A stretch of 63,972 nt of DNA, counting the filler, from Salisapilia sapeloensis CBS 127946 (lineage: Eukaryota; Protista; Oomycota): assembly GCA_023334545.1 (NCBI GenBank). It is 16 parts of 16 records of this genome, joined end to end, with 100 filler letters (N's around TTAATTAATTAA, not from the genome) between each part and the next. Parts side by side here need not be neighbours in the genome. Positions count along the whole stretch, not along the records: positions 54,573 to 62,294 come from JAADVB010000511.1; positions 62,395 to 63,972 come from JAADVB010001102.1; 14 more parts are not named here. One strand, given 5' to 3'. The notes under the pieces were generated by a model that was not told where the DNA came from, ran no database searches, and saw only the letters and a program-made list of their open reading frames with translations. Below are positions 57,954 to 63,972 of the stretch, piece after piece (the stretch's first letter is position 1; every line of letters begins with the position of its first letter). The position numbers were made by a program, and so were the translations under genes.

Positions 57954-59043
57954 ATGGAAGCTGTGTCCGAGACAGCATCATCTTCTACGTTCCAATCTAC
58001 TTCCTTTTAGCTAACATTTGCAAATAACAAAGCTGTTGTGATTGAATTATATTGCTGACAAAGCAAACTTGCTATTTTCTTGAGGGATTCTTATCCATAG
58101 GGTCAAAATTATATTGTCGTGCTCTTTGAGCGGATAATTCGGTAGTATGCTAGGGATTGAAGACAATAGGAAAACAAACGAGGATGAATTGTAACAGGAA
58201 CCAATACCTGAGTCTTTGCCGGCTCTTTCTGCCCTAACATGGCTATACACATTTCTACTCCTATCCTCGTATATCATCCGTTCCTCTTTCTTGTCTTGGC
58301 GGGAATATTGTCCACCATATTTTTCAGAAGCCCTTCAGGCTGAAGTGTCATTCGATTTGCTTGCAACATTAAGCTCTTCGCCATTTCACTGGGACATAGC
58401 ACAGTGCGAGTCACATGTATTGATCAATTATTCCATCTACCACTGTACGATTCCTGTTCCGAAATAATAGCGAAGGGCTCAATAGCGCAAGTAAAGCGAA
58501 GAGCTCACCAAGCGAAGCGAGTGTTTCGCGCGCTTTTTCAAATATGCACATGCCGAACATCAAGCGTGACTTGAGGTCTCCTCCAAGATTAATTCCTTCT
58601 GATTACATCAAAGAGCAAGCCAGAGATAGACTAAGAATATAGAGCGGCATCTCCATTGACAGTACCGAACATTCCTTTATACACTCAATACAGTGGGAGA
58701 CAGATACATTGAAATGGTACGCTGGGTTTCCGATGGCAAGCAGCATAGAAATTCTGCAATTCTCAGCGAACGTGGAATTACCCGATTCGACTATCATGAA
58801 TAGAATTGCAACACGCACATCCCAATTTTGCTGGAAAACGATTCGGCGGAAACAACTTTCAGATTCTACCTACCTTCCTTGCCATAACTGACATTACCCT
58901 TCACGATGTAGTGCGTACGAGATAGCCGTATCCTATTGATACTGCATTCGTAAAGCAACAGGTGTATTTCATATACTCTTTTTATTTCCTTTCGTCATAC
59001 ATGAGAGAACGTAGTCATCGATAGAATCCACTTGAACCCACAA

Positions 59044-60839
59044 CTACGCTTGGTACGGCACCACTTTGACTGGCAACTCGCTATCGATATTCAATTCCAC
59101 GCCGACAATGCTACCGATCGTGTATGGATCCTCCATCAACTTCAAGTCGAACTTACAAAGCAAAGCGCACATGACGATCTGTAGTTCAACCATCGCCATT
59201 CTCTGCCCAATGCATCGTCTCGGCCCAGCACCCTACAGCCATAAACAGCACTAGTAAGCACCTAGACTAGTCTATAAGATAATGAGGAACATACAAAGAC
59301 AGGGAACTTGGTTTCCGTGAGAGAGATGATGCCTCCGGTCGACGGATCGATCCAGCGCTCAGGTCTGTACACACGCGCGTCTTCACCCCAAACGCTATGC
59401 AGGATCCCTGGCGCGTGCATCGTGACCTGGATACCCATGCCTTTGCCCACATACGTTCCGTCACTCAGTGTAGTGGAGCTCGAGGCATATCGATGGGTAA
59501 GTGGCACCGTCGTGTCTAGACGCATGGTCTCTCGAATCACTGCTTCCAGGTACGACAGCTGAGTAGCTTCCTCGACAGTCGGGACGTCTGCGTTTGCATC
59601 TAAAAGATGTGGTAACTTGGCCTTCATCTCGGCACGGATCTTAGCTAGAACGTCCGGATGTCGATTGAGCTCGAGAAGGATCCACGACAGTGTGGAGCTT
59701 GTCGTCATGGCTCCAGCTAAGAAGAAGTTGAGCGCCATGTCACGAACTAGCGTCATGTCCACTTGAGAGCTTCCTGGGGTGGAAGCTTCCTTCGCTTGGC
59801 TGTCGAGGATCAGCGTGATTAAATCTTTTGAACGAGAATCAGAGCTAGCAACACGTCCATCTAGTATCTCTTGTTCCTTCTGATCGATCGACGTACGCAC
59901 AATTTTATAGATTAGATCGTCCAAGTACTTTTTACTCTTCGCAACATGCTCTTCTTCTCCGATACGCAACATCCGGCGTAGTCGCCAGAGCCAATCTGGT
60001 AGATGACTTCGATGGATACAGTTGACAGACAAGATACGAATGCTTTCGATAAAATCATTCGTTTCTCCTCGCAATCCCTTTTGCATACTTTTCATATCAA
60101 TCCCGAAGCCAACCTATTTGCATCTCTGTTATAAGATATTATAAATAATTATATTAACATTTTGGACCTGGGTAAAGACGTCGGTTGTTAATTCTGTGAA
60201 TAACGTACGACCTGAGACTACTGTCTTTCGATTCGAATGCTCATGTAAGACTCGTAGGAACTCTTGCGTACGCGTTCGAATCGTCGTGTGCATTACGTCT
60301 TTCATCATCTGCATACTGAACAAGTGAGAGGCAGTCTTTCGCTGGTAGGCCCAATGGTTGCCATTGCTATTGACAATGCCATAGCCGAATAAGTCCGAGA
60401 CGAGGTATAGGACGTGAGGGTCTTTAATGAATAAATCATTTTGCGTCTTGAATATATCTTCGAGGACCGATGGACTAGAGACGACTAACAACGGACGTCG
60501 ACCGAGTATCTCTAACAGCCAAGGCTTTCCTTCCTTGTCTTCGCACACTTCGGCCAACCAGTCGACAAATCTGTCAATCCAAAGTATCAGCCATGAGACT
60601 TGTAGAGTCTATCGCAAAGTAGCTGTAGCGTACCGATGACTATTGCGAGCTACCAGCACGGTGCTACCGAGGAATGGCAACGCTCCTTTTGGACGAGGAA
60701 TCGGCTGACCGCCAGGAGCGTAGGCACGAGGCTTTTGGTAATAGGACATGAGCATGTATCCTGCTGCAAGTGGAAGCGTTACGACCCCGATGGCTTGAGG
60801 TGTCGAAAGCTGATGAAAGGTTTCCATTGCTCGATCCAT
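59044..60839 (-). CDS. Cytochrome P450 (CYP86-clan-like oomycete family), four exons
   Basis: N-terminal TM and Pro-rich hinge (PIPRPKGALPFLG), I-helix FFLAGAMTTSSTLSW, ETMR (ExxR), PERW, and a heme motif F|GAGPRRCIG assembled across an intron. Confidence 0.93.
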
Positions 60840-62394
60840 CCTCTCTGAGACTAGCTGCACTGCGCTGGTGATCGAAAGCAGGCAAAGGAATAAATGATAT
60901 CCTGGGGATCCCACCACGGAGGTACGCCATCCCTATCAGCAGCTGCCCAAACAAGAACAGAAGGGGATGCTTTCCACGTGGCAGATTTAGTACATAGAAG
61001 AGACATATGAGCGAGAGCTCAAGAGTTGATTGAGCTAGAAGCTTATAAAGAAGTATTAAATGCATATTGCTTCGGATAGTAGTTCCGGCAGCAGTTCATC
61101 AACATTGTGCCTTAGTGTCCATGGAAACCTAGTAGATGCTTCGACGGCCAACGACGATTTGAAGTACGCCCGTCTGACCGTACTGGCTTTGTGCGATGTG
61201 TGTTAAGCAGATGATACCTCCATGACAAGATCATCAATTCCGAGGATATCCCTCTTGCATCATTATGTGGGAATGGAAGGGTAACGCTAGAGGGTGGGGA
61301 ACTGACAAGACAAAAGCACGGGGCGGGATTTGTATCAACTTGTCCGTGGCGCAACACGCTCGGAGCTACTAGAAGCTACACTTAGTGTGCACGTTGTAGC
61401 TAAAGTAAATTAGAGTATTTACAAATCAACTGGTCGTGCGTCAGGAGGTAGCATTAAGATTGGAGCAGGGACGACCCATTAAGCGCAAGATGTCAAGTGG
61501 TTGTGATACCCTTTTCTGATAAGCACGCTAGTTATAGCGCTTTACATGCTCACAATAAAAGCAGAACGAAAAGGTCTATGTATCGATATAGGGGGAATGG
61601 GGCGCTTTTCGTTACCCTCATAAAACTCACAATGTAGTCCAACTGTAAGTCGTAGTACACGGAGGTTATCGAGATAGCTACCAAAAGCTGTCATTCAAGC
61701 ATTGGAGTCGCAGATGGTAATGCTCGAGTTCAGTAGTCACCTAAGCCCAATCTTTCCAGCTTTCCAAGTACTCTCGACCCTTTACGCTTCAAGGGTCATC
61801 TCAGTAATCGTCATGCAGGTACCGTCGCTTCCGACAGGCACGACACTTGGGGCATAAGTGTGATCCGAAACTGCAGTTAGGGTTGTTGCGAAGACAGAAT
61901 CTCCAATTGTACGATCCGGTTTACTTCGCCCGTATGCATTCCGATGGTACTCTTAAATTGTCCTGTAGCTATCTACGAATCACACCATTGCGATAAAAAT
62001 GTCAGATTCACTCAAAGATCTTTGGCTGTAGCTATCTTCATTCATCTTTAAAATTGATCTGACTCGAAGAGGGAAAAATCCGTTTCTTCAGCGTAGTTTT
62101 CTCACAGTCGCATGCTCCAACGGTCCCTTTTGACCCAATGTACCTTCATCTCTAATCCACTATCAAGCAGCGCCTGACTGATCGCTTGCTACCAATGACT
62201 CTCATTTTCCAATCTACCTACAAGCCGAGCAATCTTCCTACAAGGTCAGAGATACTGTTGAAGGGTTGAGGGAAGACAATGCTGGTAGTGCATCNNNNNN
62301 NNNNNNNNNNNNNNNNNNNNNNNNNNNNNNNNNNNNNNTTAATTAATTAANNNNNNNNNNNNNNNNNNNNNNNNNNNNNNNNNNNNNNNNNNNN

Positions 62395-63064
62395 GACGTC
62401 CGCCATCCTCTCCTTGTGGTCGGCACGGCGGACAAGCAGATCCACATCGTCGACATCCGGAAGCCGACGCAGATCTACAAGTCGATCGCATCGAACCTCA
62501 AGTTCCAGACTAAGAGTGTGGCGTGCTTCCCGGACACGAGGGGATTTGTTGTTGCTTCTGTGGAGGGACGAGTTGCAATTCAACACGTCGAGGACAAAGA
62601 CAAAAGGTACAGTGAACTCTCTGCGTTTTACTTCTTGAGCTCATCGCTACACTTTGTGTGAAATAGTGGAGACTACACATTCCGATGCCATCGAGAAAAC
62701 AACACGATCTACCCCGTCACTAGTCTATCGTTTAATCCTCTTGGTACGATTTCGACGACTGGCAGCGACGGAACGTATGCTTTCTGGGATCTGGATGGTA
62801 GACAGAAGCTAAAGTCATTCGGCAAGTGCAACCAGTCCATATCGGCCGGCAAGTTTAATGCTCGTGGCGATATCTTTGCCTACGCTGTATCGTATGATTG
62901 GACTATGGGTGCTGAGAAGTACAATCCGAGCCAGCCGAGTGTAATTAGACTCCACAGCGTGCAGGAAGCGGAAGTGCAGCCGAAGAAGCGCAACGGTACG
63001 TTCGATCTATTGTGTGAGGAGATATTTGGGCTAATATGTATATGGCCACGTAGCTCGTCGGTAA
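62395..63064 (+). CDS. RAE1: mRNA export factor Rae1/Gle2 (WD40), 5'-truncated, with introns
   Basis: LKFQTKSVACFPD..SVEGRVAIQHV..|FRCHR..GSDGTYAFWD..FAYAVSYDWTMG, the Rae1-type YDWxxG motif. Confidence 0.9.
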
Positions 63065-63972
63065 TTTGGAAAATGGATACTTCTTGTTCTGGTTTACTCT
63101 CTGCACAACTTATTCGTTTGTTTGGACGCTGGCATTTACTCAAACGACCAGCTATATCAGGGATGCACTCGAGTTCTAGGGTATAGCTCCGACATACAGC
63201 AAGTCTTTCCTTCTGATCAGTTACCTTGAAACACTGAAATTGTGCTGATTCGTCCCATGCCACACCACTTTCATCCGGCCACCGAAATCAGTACGTTCAA
63301 AGTGCGCAGACTGAGTCGTGGCTGTTGAAGGAAGGTGACACGAAGGTGTACTTGAATTTTTTGCGTATCATCCAATCAGAAGTAGGATATAGATACATAT
63401 CAAGAAAGGAGGGAGTGGAGAGTGACTATAGGACACCACAGAAATGAGCTTTTTAAATGCGAGTCGCGTTTGAGCAACATCGCGACTCGATCGACTTTTG
63501 AAGTTTTGGATTGAGCCGAAAAATTTGATACTTGCGAATCCGCCTCTTGGGGGCGAGCCGAGAAACCTGATATCTGCGACTCGGTGTGGTCCAACTCGGA
63601 GGTAGGAAGGAAATGGAAAAGTGAGAGTGTATTTGAGAGTCAGGAAGGTCGGGGAGGTTGAAGCACTCGGAACTGGAAGTGAGGAGATGAAACTTCTCGC
63701 TGAACATGCATAAAAGGAATAATGGATCGAAACGATCTGCGACCCTGATGGACCTGTGGAATCTTGAAACTTCTAATCTCCACACTCGGTCATTTTTAGG
63801 CGAGTCGAAAAAGAACCCTTTTCACGACTTGTGTAATGGGCTAATCATTACATGGGACACAATGACAATTGTTCCCGATGATTTCGTACATATACATACG
63901 AAGTGAGGCGGAAGTGATGATGCACGCGTCATCATTCCAATTGCCAGAGGCTAATATGTTGAAGCCGTTATC

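Noticed and set aside
9748-62394. Recurring TTAATTAATTAA palindrome inside N runs, and any gene clustering across these gaps (e.g. the virus 'between' TAF8 and tRNA-Glu)
   Set aside because: It is an artificial 100-bp concatenation spacer. Neighbouring contigs are unlinked, so no integration site or cluster can be inferred.

Overview
This window is eukaryotic DNA, almost certainly from an oomycete (elicitin-like gene, oomycete-type PDR transporter and START-like genes, IFT43, short GT-AG introns of about 50-70 nt). It is not one locus: it is 16 contig pieces joined by 15 artificial 100-bp spacers (N44-TTAATTAATTAA-N44), so adjacency across a spacer means nothing. Recognisable host genes: SDH1, TAF8, IFT43, RAE1 (partial), BioF-like (partial), an ABCG/PDR transporter, a GH6 cellulase, a cytochrome P450, a CAMK-type kinase, an EGLN-like 2OG-Fe(II) oxygenase, a DMT transporter, a START protein, a bZIP factor, a Slo/BK-type K+ channel fragment, two tRNA-Glu and one tRNA-Ile. 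The standout is a 1.6-kb intronless contig (29272-30892) that reads as part of an ssDNA virus genome. It has a 414-aa capsid-like ORF resembling parvo-like hybrid/CRESS virus capsids, tightly packed between the end of an upstream ORF and a downstream ORF. It could be an endogenous element or a co-sequenced virus. Other notable items: a PH-chalcone isomerase x2-PH-TM protein, two paralogues of an ankyrin/coiled-coil/hydrophobic-helix family with shuffled modules, candidate divergent kinetochore subunits (Nsl1-like, Dsn1-like), a contig bounded by a perfect 141-bp inverted repeat carrying tRNA-Glu, and a decayed tandem-PHD gene. All family assignments come from motif recognition by eye; no database search was run.
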